Positions 28,901 through 35,834 of a DNA stretch of 63,288 nt are shown one piece after another. Each line of letters opens with the position of its first letter. Position 1 is the first letter of the stretch. The stretch lies in the NCBI GenBank assembly GCA_013203315.1, contig JABMQJ010000013.1, positions 1 through 63,288 of the forward strand. The letters are read 5' to 3'. The DNA comes from Candidatus Omnitrophota bacterium (GTDB lineage Bacteria > Omnitrophota > Gorgyraeia > JABMRN01 > RBG-13-46-9). A program made the translations under genes and the position numbers. The notes under the pieces were generated by a model. That model was not told the origin of the DNA. It saw only the letters and a program-made list of their open reading frames with translations, and searched no databases.

Positions 28901-31900
28901 CTCAGAAGGCAAAATGAGCTAGGATGGATTTCCAAAACCTGAGGAACAATTTTTCCATCTAATATAGCCTGTATAGTTGACTGATCCTGACCCATGAATT
29001 CCCGAAACATGCTTAGTGCCCTGGGCCTTGCAGATTCGTATGATAAGAGATCTTGGAATTTTGGGGTATTTCTTAAAATAGCGTATATTTCTTTGATATC
29101 GCCAATCGTTAAATCTACACCATATACTTTACTAATATTTGATATTAATAATTGCGTGGGTTGTAGTGGATTTATAAGTAATTCTCTCAGAACATAAATA
29201 CAACTATGTGCAGTAGCTTCAGGTACATTTGTCTGCAATTCGTCTGTGATTAACCTAAGCGTCCGCACGTCGTGAGGGTTGTTAATTAAACTTGATCTAA
29301 GTTTTGATGCAGGATCTTTACGGGCGCTTCGTGTGATAATATAGTAAACTGCACCTACAGCCACTGCAACCAGCGCTATTGCCGCAGCTATCGTAGCGCC
29401 ATAGCTAAATAAGCCAACGATAGGTTCTCCTGCTGCTTGTGCGACTTGCCCAAGAGGTGCCTTTTCTAAACCAGCCGCAAATCCCGGCGTTGCGAGGGCA
29501 CCAAGAAGTATGATCGACAGAAGAATCATTGTGGATTTGTTGAAAAGTGTTTTTAAGGTTTTACCGAATTTGCTAATAGCTGCGGAGAGGATGGTTATGA
29601 GACGAGACCTTTGTTTACGTGAATCTGGGGCGATGAGTTCCGGAAATTCTTGCTCAGGGGCAAAGTCCGCGCTAAGTTCCGTAATCTTTTCTATAGTTCT
29701 TGCCACCCGTTCATATGGTATTCCTTCAGGGGTGGGGTACCCATCAATCTCTTCCGGAAGCCTTTCAATGCCCATCGCTTCTATGCTTGTCTTTAACCCT
29801 TCTAAATCAAAAGCAACAACATAGACTTTCCTGGTTCCGTCGGTTTCTTGCCGAACTACAACACCGATATTCTCGTAGATTGGCGCGTATATAAGCGGAA
29901 TATCTATTACCGGGTTTTGACGTTTTGCGTTCTCAAGCAGTCCTACCAAATTCTCGTCTCCCTTGTTACGTGCAATGCCTACAGCCTCATCTAGAGGAAT
30001 AGCTCTTTCTACGACATCCATAGGTTGATTCAAAACATTTCTCATTCTTGCAACCAACTTGTCATTATTAGCTAATGCGGCCATCTCTGCTTCGCTTTCT
30101 CCTATTATCATACAATTAAGCATGTGGCGTAACGGATGCATATAATAGACTCTGATAACGTAGTTTTTTACTAAAAATGTGACCTTCCCTCCAGCAGATT
30201 CCAAATCTTGAATAGCCGCACCAAATATATCTCGAACCATCTTCTTGGTGTCACTGGGCAGAATATGTGTACCAAAAGTTTTTTGGATATCGAGATATCT
30301 TTCAAGATCGTGAATAAAAACACTGAGATTTTTACGTGTTTTTATAGCGTCGCGCAAATAGTTATTTAAAAGTTCTCTTTCTGGTAATGATGCATTATCT
30401 ATGAGACTTTTTGCTTTTATCTCATTTTGTTTGCTAGATCTACGATGCCACCATCTCGCCATTACCCATATACCGCCGGCGGCGGCAAGAATTATACCTA
30501 TTATCTTGGCTATGTCTAACCCGGACCAAGCCCCTAGACCTGCCCCAGCATGCGGAAGTGCTTCACCTGCTGCAGCCGCAAATCCTGGTGCTGCGAGGAA
30601 GGTTAGGGTTATACCGATTGCTGCCAGGAAGAGGAGGGGAGTTGAAATATTCATAGACAAGGTACGACCGTCTTTAGCCTCTGCTGGTTTAGCTTTTTTG
30701 TCTGATTCAGTTTTGTCAGACTCTATAACTTCTTTCATAGCATCCATGTAGGCCTTTAAATGCAGATCGATAGGAAAATCCTTATGAACCCACCAGGGTA
30801 GGGCGCCGCTGTAGCCACGCCTTCTAGTATTCCTTAAGACATGTGAAAAAAGCGGTCTATTATACATATCAACCGGCTGATATTCTCCAACGATCACATC
30901 AACTTCAGGAGAGATATTAAGCCATTCCCTGCCTGCTTTATCAGAATCAAACCCCCGGAGTTCCTTGACGTCATCCCCTGTGTAATGAGGTTTTGTGTAA
31001 TAATGGAAGTTGGCCAAGTCTCCCGGCTCCATCAAATGTATCCAATATTTTAATGTCTCCCTGCTAACTGCACTGAAACTAACAGGTAAATTCGTCTGTT
31101 CCCGGATACTCGTGGCAACATCAGCTACAAAATCCTGCCTGAGCCACAAAGGCATGTGCCGGTATTCTCCTGTAACCGGATCAGTGAAGCCTACAAGATA
31201 TCTTTCGGCTCCTCCAGCCGCATTCTCATCAACGTCTGGTTCGTTCATAGGTTCGATAGCCCTTATTACATCCGAATATTGCTTCAAGATATTAAGTTCC
31301 GGTTCAATACTCATTAGAAAATTAGCCCGCTTTTTGCGATCCAGAAAAAGCTCGGGATGAGTTCTAGCCAGCAAATAATCAAATAATACGGGAACTCCTC
31401 GGATCTTGTATTTTCTTAAAAGTTCGCAATAAGCCCTGATATTTTTCTCGGCTACCTTATGATCTATAACGACTGTACCATCTTCTAAAACCTTAACTGA
31501 CTCAAGATTTGCAAATGTAAATCGCCTGTCCATAAATTTAAGGTCTTTCAGTCCTTTCATATCAGGAAACTTCCTTGCCAGTGCATTCCTCATAGCGGCA
31601 AGGGCCCTAAACTCCTTTTCGACAAGTACGCCTGCAGTCCCTGCAAATCCGTCCCTTTCATCCGTAAATACCTTTGAATATGTCTCGGGACTGGTATATC
31701 CTCCAGTGCCTAAATACCTTAAGAAATCGATAGTACTCGGTTTTTTTACTTGGACAGGCTTCTTACGTAGAAGTTCGGTTTTAATCGGCTCAGGTTCGGA
31801 TTCTACCGGTGGATTTTTTATCACCGGTTCTTTTCCTGTAACTTCTAATTTGTGTATTTTAAGCTTGCCTCTAAAGCGGGTTCCTTTTTCTACATCAGAG

Positions 31901-34900
31901 CAAAAGCCTACCTCAATACGCACCCAACTTGCATGTTCACCCGTAAACCCCTTACCGGTCCAGGCCTTGCCGTCAGGAGACGCTGACGGATGAAATTCCA
32001 TGGTTATTTTTTGTCCTTTTTTAACGTTTATATTTTTAGGTAAATCCATCTGCCCGCCATTAACAGCGCTCCAGACCCCAATCTTAAATTCCATTAATGG
32101 TACATCTTCGAACCCTTTATCCGGTATTACTTCAAAAGTAACCTTGAAACCACCATCTCTCATGTCAAAGCGATGTTTTACTAAATGACTGCCATGTTCC
32201 GTAAGTCCATCTATCGATGTATCTTTAGAAGGAAAGGCGGCATATTCCACGTCAATACCAAAACCTCCGTGCCCATCTCCGTCGTCCTCTGTTTTTGCCA
32301 AATCAAGCTCGGCCGCTACTTTACCGTCTTCCCTATCCCAGCCTATTTCTCTTATACCTTTACCATATGAATTGTAACCCGCCATCCAGCTAACAGACTT
32401 ATGCAGATCATATACTGTTATATTAAGCTTTGGATCTACTGATTTCCTATCGGGTTCCGCTATCATCCTAAAACGATCATCTTTACCTGCTAAAATCCGA
32501 GGATGTTCTTCTGCGCTTATTTTAGTTCCTCTTTCTACACTTTCCCACACTGCGCCTGTCTTACGATCCTTAATACGCGTATAAGAAGCATCGTCCGTAG
32601 TTTTAGTCTTATCTGCCGCGATGGATCTTTCTTTGGGTAAAAATATTGAGGCAATACCCGCACCAGCGATACGAAGAAATCCTCTTCTGCCTATTGATCT
32701 CCACCAAGGTTCCTTGCTGGAGGCCGGGGACGGTTCACCTTTTGTCGACGCCCACACATCATCATCTTTTCGCAGGCTTTCTGCGCTAATGTCGGATGCT
32801 GAAGTTAATTTAGCAATAGCATTAGAAATCGCCTTTTTTTGTGCTTTTCTGTCGCGGGCATAACTCGCTAAGGTAAGCTCCTTATTTAATTCACGTATCG
32901 CTGACTGCAATTGGGCAGGATTTGCTGTATTAAAGAGTTCATTTATTCGGCTGCTTCCTGCATCGTTACAGCCGACATCTTCAAACAACCTGCAAAGCAA
33001 TATAATCGGGATATCTAGTCCTGGACGCAATAGTAATTTTGCCTTTAGCTCTCGCGCATACTCCCATTTCTTATAGTTCGCAAGTGCGATTATGCGGGAC
33101 AAATCGCAAGTTTCCTTCCCCAGTATCCATCCCAATATAGTGCATTCGAGAGTGCTAAACGCAAATTCAAGTGACAAAAGACCTGTAGAAATTAAAATTA
33201 CGTACATATAAATTGCATGATTTCCTGACAATATCTCTTTCGCGGCGGGTATTCCTAAATACAATAACAAACCTGAAACAACTAGTGTTGCCAACGGTCC
33301 GCCGGATCCTATTAGAATACCTTTTAAACCTCTATCTTTTATAGGCGGGTCAAACTCCTTATTTCTATATGTATCGAGTATTCGCTTTATTGTAAGTCTA
33401 TTTCCACCAAAGAAACTGGATATAGGGTGTAGCAGGATGTACACAAATATATGACCTGATTCGTGAACAAAAATATCAAGTGCTAAAATAGCTGTAAGAA
33501 TACCTGCCAAACTTTTTCTTATAAAACGGGTAGAATTCCATGCAATCATAGGCGAAACAGGTGTCATTTGTATAGAATCCGGGGACGCCTCCTTCGCCAT
33601 AGCGGCTATGGGGTAAGGTTCTTTGACTTCGGCTGGTGTTGCAACAAGATCCGCGAGTATAATGTCAGCGCCTTCAGCATCTCTTTGACCGGTAGGTTGT
33701 TTATATATGCCTGCTGTTAGTGTGAGGCCTTCGGTTTCTTCGGTATATGTGTAATATGGGTTTTCAGGTATATCACTTGGAGATATGACTATATCCCAGC
33801 CTATCAGGGTTCCTATGGTAAATGGCTTATTGCTAAATACTGCCGCCAATATTTGGGCCTTTAGTGAAACTTGATTCCTATCTTTTATATCAACAACACC
33901 CATTTGAGAGAATAAGCTACTAATGGCAAGAGCAGAGTGCTGGGTGGTATACGATATGGCTTTATTTAGAAACTTGTCTAATTTAGTTTCTTTTCCCGCT
34001 AAGAGACTAAAATACGGAGATTCGTAGCCTTTTTTAGTCTTGAAGTTTGGTAGTATGCCAATGTAGGAGATGTTGTTTCGCTTGAAGAGTTTTGCAAGAT
34101 TGCCTGAGTGAAAACCACCGGTTATGAGAATGGCCGTATCTTTTAGTTTTATATTCTTTAAAAAGGCTTCGTCACGCTTAAATGTGCACTCGTAACATTC
34201 AGCCATGTTTTTGACATGGCGGTCGAGCTCTTGCATGTTCTCATCGGGCCTTGCGGTTATCCTGTAAAGAGGCGCCTCTTTTTCTATGAACGCGGTGAAA
34301 TTCTTTATGCGGAATGAGTCTTTGTTTTCTTTGTAGTACCGGTAGTCATCGTTTGTTATGGCCAGATTAAACATGCCCCGTATTAAAGTGAAGTTTTTAT
34401 GTAAAGCGCTAAGCTCTCTTTGCTTATCGTTTGTTAGGAGGGCTGCTTTGACCACGTCTTTTAAGCTATCTATTTCTTTCATTATTTTGGATTTATCGAT
34501 AGCCTTGTATTTTGAGGAGCAGGAAATGTATTTTTGGAACTGGGGGAACCGGTTTAGGTTTATGCCTACTGATTTTGCCTTCTCGAAAAGATAGGCATGG
34601 AAGTCGTATTGTGATATCTTCTTAGTTTTGAACTGGACTGTCTTTAAAATAATCTCTTCAAGCGCCCGTTTGGAAAGTATCTTCTGGAATTCGTCTATCA
34701 GTTTCTTTCGTTCCCTCGTTACCTCTTTGAAATCCATACCATCTTCCTGTCCGAAAGACTCTTCCAGGAGGTATATGTTGGGGAAGGCTTCGGTATCTAT
34801 ATTCTCTTCTTTCGCAGTCTTTATGAGGTAGGAAAGATAGTCTTTGAAGCCAAAAGTGTTTTCCCGGTAGTTTACGTAGTTTTCGTCAAATTCGAGAAGT

Positions 34901-35589
34901 TCTTTTGAGTATATGTTGCGGCGCAGGTTATTCAGAACATGCTCAAGAGACTTCAGGTATTTATCGATTGCGTCTTTGTGCTTTAGGGAGTTTTTCGTTA
35001 GCTTAAGGTTTTCGAGATAAAGCTTCGTATTCTCTATGCCCCAGAGGCTTGCTTTATCGGGGTTATTTATGGCGAAGTACTCACCGCCGTTTACGATACC
35101 CTCTTTTACGAAGTAATCGGCTACTTTCTCTCTTATGCGCCCATCAGCGATTCCGGTAAATACCGAAAGGTCATACGCGCCTTTCCCACCCTCAAGATTG
35201 ATCGAGCTTATGCCGTACTCTTCACTGAGATGCTCGATTATGTCGTTTATCTTGTGCTGGGCAAAATAGTTACAGTGCGCATCCTGGATGTGGATTACTG
35301 TTTTCCCCGAATTGGCGTTATCGATGCTTCGTATGTGGGCAAGCTCTTCTGGCAGGTCAAATGACTCGACATCTAATGCGTTAATAGAACCCGGGCCGGC
35401 AGGCCTATTAGAACTGGTACTCGACAGTTCTAACGGTGTTCTGCTGGCCCAGGCTTTTTCCAAAAGGAATTCTCCGCTAATATTAGTAAACAAAAAGGAC
35501 CAAAGAGTAATAAAAGCTATTACCCTAATTGGTCCTTTAAACCTGCAAATATAATTATGATCTTGATTATTAAATCGAGTACGTAACAT
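19930..35589 (-). CDS. Giant 5219-aa multi-module membrane protein (ChaN-like, M50-like, CBM-like plus GH-A hydrolase, radical SAM, EamA, kinase-like, GNAT, Fic x2, SAM-methyltransferase)
   Basis: Uninterrupted 15.66 kb ORF with GGGAG RBS; recognisable motifs HESGH, RRGFLR, NEP/GEY, CLLRCAHC, GYEGKGIA, HPFYDGNTR, VLEIGTGRG. Confidence 0.93.
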   Translation of the reverse strand: MLRTRFNNQDHNYICRFKGPIRVIAFITLWSFLFTNISGEFLLEKAWASRTPLELSSTSSNRPAGPGSINALDVESFDLPEELAHIRSIDNANSGKTVIHIQDAHCNYFAQHKINDIIEHLSEEYGISSINLEGGKGAYDLSVFTGIADGRIREKVADYFVKEGIVNGGEYFAINNPDKASLWGIENTKLYLENLKLTKNSLKHKDAIDKYLKSLEHVLNNLRRNIYSKELLEFDENYVNYRENTFGFKDYLSYLIKTAKEENIDTEAFPNIYLLEESFGQEDGMDFKEVTRERKKLIDEFQKILSKRALEEIILKTVQFKTKKISQYDFHAYLFEKAKSVGINLNRFPQFQKYISCSSKYKAIDKSKIMKEIDSLKDVVKAALLTNDKQRELSALHKNFTLIRGMFNLAITNDDYRYYKENKDSFRIKNFTAFIEKEAPLYRITARPDENMQELDRHVKNMAECYECTFKRDEAFLKNIKLKDTAILITGGFHSGNLAKLFKRNNISYIGILPNFKTKKGYESPYFSLLAGKETKLDKFLNKAISYTTQHSALAISSLFSQMGVVDIKDRNQVSLKAQILAAVFSNKPFTIGTLIGWDIVISPSDIPENPYYTYTEETEGLTLTAGIYKQPTGQRDAEGADIILADLVATPAEVKEPYPIAAMAKEASPDSIQMTPVSPMIAWNSTRFIRKSLAGILTAILALDIFVHESGHIFVYILLHPISSFFGGNRLTIKRILDTYRNKEFDPPIKDRGLKGILIGSGGPLATLVVSGLLLYLGIPAAKEILSGNHAIYMYVILISTGLLSLEFAFSTLECTILGWILGKETCDLSRIIALANYKKWEYARELKAKLLLRPGLDIPIILLCRLFEDVGCNDAGSSRINELFNTANPAQLQSAIRELNKELTLASYARDRKAQKKAISNAIAKLTSASDISAESLRKDDDVWASTKGEPSPASSKEPWWRSIGRRGFLRIAGAGIASIFLPKERSIAADKTKTTDDASYTRIKDRKTGAVWESVERGTKISAEEHPRILAGKDDRFRMIAEPDRKSVDPKLNITVYDLHKSVSWMAGYNSYGKGIREIGWDREDGKVAAELDLAKTEDDGDGHGGFGIDVEYAAFPSKDTSIDGLTEHGSHLVKHRFDMRDGGFKVTFEVIPDKGFEDVPLMEFKIGVWSAVNGGQMDLPKNINVKKGQKITMEFHPSASPDGKAWTGKGFTGEHASWVRIEVGFCSDVEKGTRFRGKLKIHKLEVTGKEPVIKNPPVESEPEPIKTELLRKKPVQVKKPSTIDFLRYLGTGGYTSPETYSKVFTDERDGFAGTAGVLVEKEFRALAAMRNALARKFPDMKGLKDLKFMDRRFTFANLESVKVLEDGTVVIDHKVAEKNIRAYCELLRKYKIRGVPVLFDYLLARTHPELFLDRKKRANFLMSIEPELNILKQYSDVIRAIEPMNEPDVDENAAGGAERYLVGFTDPVTGEYRHMPLWLRQDFVADVATSIREQTNLPVSFSAVSRETLKYWIHLMEPGDLANFHYYTKPHYTGDDVKELRGFDSDKAGREWLNISPEVDVIVGEYQPVDMYNRPLFSHVLRNTRRRGYSGALPWWVHKDFPIDLHLKAYMDAMKEVIESDKTESDKKAKPAEAKDGRTLSMNISTPLLFLAAIGITLTFLAAPGFAAAAGEALPHAGAGLGAWSGLDIAKIIGIILAAAGGIWVMARWWHRRSSKQNEIKAKSLIDNASLPERELLNNYLRDAIKTRKNLSVFIHDLERYLDIQKTFGTHILPSDTKKMVRDIFGAAIQDLESAGGKVTFLVKNYVIRVYYMHPLRHMLNCMIIGESEAEMAALANNDKLVARMRNVLNQPMDVVERAIPLDEAVGIARNKGDENLVGLLENAKRQNPVIDIPLIYAPIYENIGVVVRQETDGTRKVYVVAFDLEGLKTSIEAMGIERLPEEIDGYPTPEGIPYERVARTIEKITELSADFAPEQEFPELIAPDSRKQRSRLITILSAAISKFGKTLKTLFNKSTMILLSIILLGALATPGFAAGLEKAPLGQVAQAAGEPIVGLFSYGATIAAAIALVAVAVGAVYYIITRSARKDPASKLRSSLINNPHDVRTLRLITDELQTNVPEATAHSCIYVLRELLINPLQPTQLLISNISKVYGVDLTIGDIKEIYAILRNTPKFQDLLSYESARPRALSMFREFMGQDQSTIQAILDGKIVPQVLEIHPSSFCLLRCAHCFNATRLTADGELIIIEGGPPISIAGEERRIEVIDQFIGMGVKKINLSGSGEPFYESLQLYVDEIRNRGSDIYLSIYTNGELLSESDIEMCVLKVNRLFFSIDAATPETFGALKLEGAGRREMEHRYGRIVETIRRSVELRNERALAGETRLRIGMGFVVGEQNYQEVDDFILLAKDLGIDFVNFTAIQGKGEYNTAILEVLEKTYYQRKNGKINGVSIFFDDKFSQYIMQKEMLNASDVIPRESLPQMHNCPVAAGNLSVAYSFGSDTVYACITKSQPANREPQFELFTGTDVETDTVPVLLQRKQSDLLPIDPQECLYCRKADVYTNEIIGLLAAERNAGVEISELPIVYGEDLYSEKTGLTAKDDTSGGLSPTNFLTLGLAGIVLSIIRDFNEDEEGSLDPKRKTLWTVISALAMVLIIMPPELRSIGWPVAFTGSIALVTILAVRLLNYYKVRLSKRVTKGAALGVKTQDVDGATIRSLLHLLRSEATKEAVDSLAYIMAYYPDTLEDARALCARELFNFASRDQISQDVREYAVDTMFNALKSDKISGEIRELLQSLLIRYYDEVDGKLTTSPIDSMLADTGGETDDTQPPAPLTTKATFKKALKKLGKTEDTTWEDLTREEKLFIAKYAAWREIPQTFLPWFLFLHENKTWKDYLYRSLGILGIWVAMLIPVLGVPIIPALLANMPYLEAVYTLAPITGPIALLLNWLTHRQYNLKLGIKRGWPMLVEGSTKGPEGLSFDKNSIVNDLDVTGVPIIKYPDHMFVREFDSQRVSASNTIAIVETGIVPRYMTTPIAARVFRNQNGNLEVEFGRLIEDKNKFKPLSPTSPSYKDLRPVSGKPDLAVSILNDPLVGACARMAAVAEPARDEKQEPSQGQDGRLKGSFLAAIGVIVASLGIVLSKIVLSSYMPEVASGSMQEIVAVQYMFSLAFFASVWMSVAYLISYLVKDKKGERKSIRDVISPEREFYEKLDVKDKRLVFWGSVFAHIICGASFHFGLSLVNVRTAAFASQAAVIFGLLLGRFILKESITPRKLIGNALTLIGVLTVVSFLSNGANTGMPGLAIIGIVAVVISALSLAIRQVIHKTFFSRQRESEESNPQAQLLTVKYGYKLAATVFAAVTFVLYLSGASAFSLILHPLLIFGTAILFPLSYYFMYKAQGIKGFGVTHLAPIAASGTILLVLLEGSILGDWPVNLPLLIAMGGLVTFGTYIANGGPIVSPIKRFIALLKKFHRDEKGETILGPSSKEGDDAYDITDPGNYITHDISSAVKLGPDGKLHVFDPVDLDCLSEYPDGWVLSRDVYTLSILAKIYEAPDGQLFFAYNAEDSGILSKRGLNNEIDVFKRAQEVGFDNLAEIRVLQDGTTLTKITDTYSNGEILERHTSFEDLLLLTVFFNDIDRSVVLQQNLYERNISGRKCYLAYDLGDSELPVAGIQESLDSTNRHGFVVELNLSERQKTDGINWDYMRRRTRELNMSPEQRDLLLAEINAIEGMTRAEAEDDAEMKAIGERAPPLDEDMLPTEARKMNEQAAAEEPAKDEKPEPSPISTIPLVSGVEISMETIKDATNEEELRELLWSSFAFGRPWIDRMINTMKNPRAVTFIARANGKIVGCVTCAEPGKADKKKYITSINAEEAYYLVGIATRKGYEGKGIARGLLSASIGAVAETGQYRYFTLHSRGEKRLVNILYSDCADMMVEEAKRETKRGRLFVLDLQRRYGVPDPTAHIPESDEGGIGVSEAGILPHRRAGNLNDCIVETLGDNLEAIAEAKGITPREYKAFQEWYQNQGKSGDDVPKDKWLPIEKLAQGNYITIGEGKKAKRLWVVELPVDKLGEVNGQPFTGHVGFTARNKNEGIIWVAAGTKELPRDRIEVELEIMHEEQEYRIALDEAQRRHGWDIQKMSDWRDGDDSSGFSYLQAMRFFTKAHKMAWRNVVDICQEESNVLNKTVPFAPPRSDKARAHRMKRIKKEKQLEKAKEYWQKAEEIEVEYISPISGIGITASKEPAKSREGAEAAQDTRGPLDSLKLLVSVGIENEYFMEAVKHFNDDVLVPREAARLPFEPLTWEKLLNLYELYRGDNGNPEYTAAIRAERLRSLNERLPADMNILDVANRQYENEEELFEAAADLYIYIAKRQILLEHDEKVSQVGKRDLAPGLPGFDKITEQHKPPSATQTGIPIPHTASGHYRLAFFVVQYLLANNGYAGAMFTEATEPGNEGRYGYFFVRRASAKSRLVDLLRSRVTKTSAAEAINTGYKPGGVEETWQRLYQLIRDFVSELAESSRAITEIDIRQLSYLYWTAEHGTVREILSFELALPIAPYRSTSIGVEDFDGNIVAQFDNHKVISQQVVDFLKWINLPHDTCVDPRSFASLGEWISDKSSWEDIDLGNPSTHAAIAFWLFHQVIHPFYDGNTRTGWDIMNILRRRAGLEPVELPRDREEQKLYFKTFSKEQNPRRFLEWFRRLEDVSRAASPEPARGQGKAIPKLFLMPGIGSTNVTPDLNKWNAILEMIPQLEAIERPPSPLFDVKGGIYAASNPEWIRAFIAMLGIDESKTVLEIGTGRGESAAFFTTAGARVHTIEIKEKTELYIRGNLEMIAERAEIPGEQLTFEIADVLNTDVSSYDVIYFYFTFPDTPKNKLEDGVPFAMELLGHLRSMKPGACFAVAGLPGAVFENGDEIGKYFDYFKSNNGMLTVFRRNDYRDEPAAAEPPQVTALEPTDVSPSVPKPDTVEARKGAAIDGYSKVVRAGDIVKAIVPIPVPKGAKGMGEHNRVMQTIKDLNKDLAKAGFGILEDSSYHREMDTDQVIPYEVDPDDPAKTEENYWKAVDRAMETLHKLQHKISELAKQGKAHKEEMEGLIEKLTKMHIVSFAAEMEDGPQLAGKSHGKYQDEANVTVIPDACTDYEYPDLANRGALARLIADCRNTGDQSGIRDIKDHLSKIAENSVEGVNSLEDLFKYLFKHALRMKTLFETIADWQRCHKDVMKSI

Positions 35590-35766
35590 TATTTAATAAT
35601 CTCCCAACTTTTTGAAAACTTTAAATAAGCGGGTAAAAAAATACACCCTGCCGAGTACATATATTCAGAGTATTATTTATTTTGCCCTATATAATATAAT
35701 AATACTATTATATGCAAAATAATTCACAAAATAGGCTAAATTTTGTATATTCCTAACATTGGGGAC

Positions 35767-35797
35767 AAAAAAAGAGGAATATAAAACTTTATATTCC
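35767..35797 (-). terminator. Rho-independent terminator upstream of the giant gene
   Basis: ggaatataaa/tttatattcc stem (35776-35797) followed on the minus strand by TC and a T7 tract. Confidence 0.7.
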
Positions 35798-35834
35798 CCC
35801 CAAAAGCCGCTTTTCTTGTGCTGGCTTTATATAT

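Noticed and set aside
29940-30010. Ankyrin-like segment PLDEAVGIARNKGDENLVGLL
   Set aside because: Single poor match with no tandem repeats
29500-30660. The giant ORF as several genes fused by a sequencing error at internal Met codons (MNIST, MILLS)
   Set aside because: No Shine-Dalgarno before these ATGs, the junction elements recur in frame, and a 15.6 kb stop-free frame is not expected from random error; read-level confirmation is still advisable
35600-35760. Specific sigma70 promoter for the giant gene
   Set aside because: Very AT-rich; several partial -10/-35 matches but none with convincing spacing
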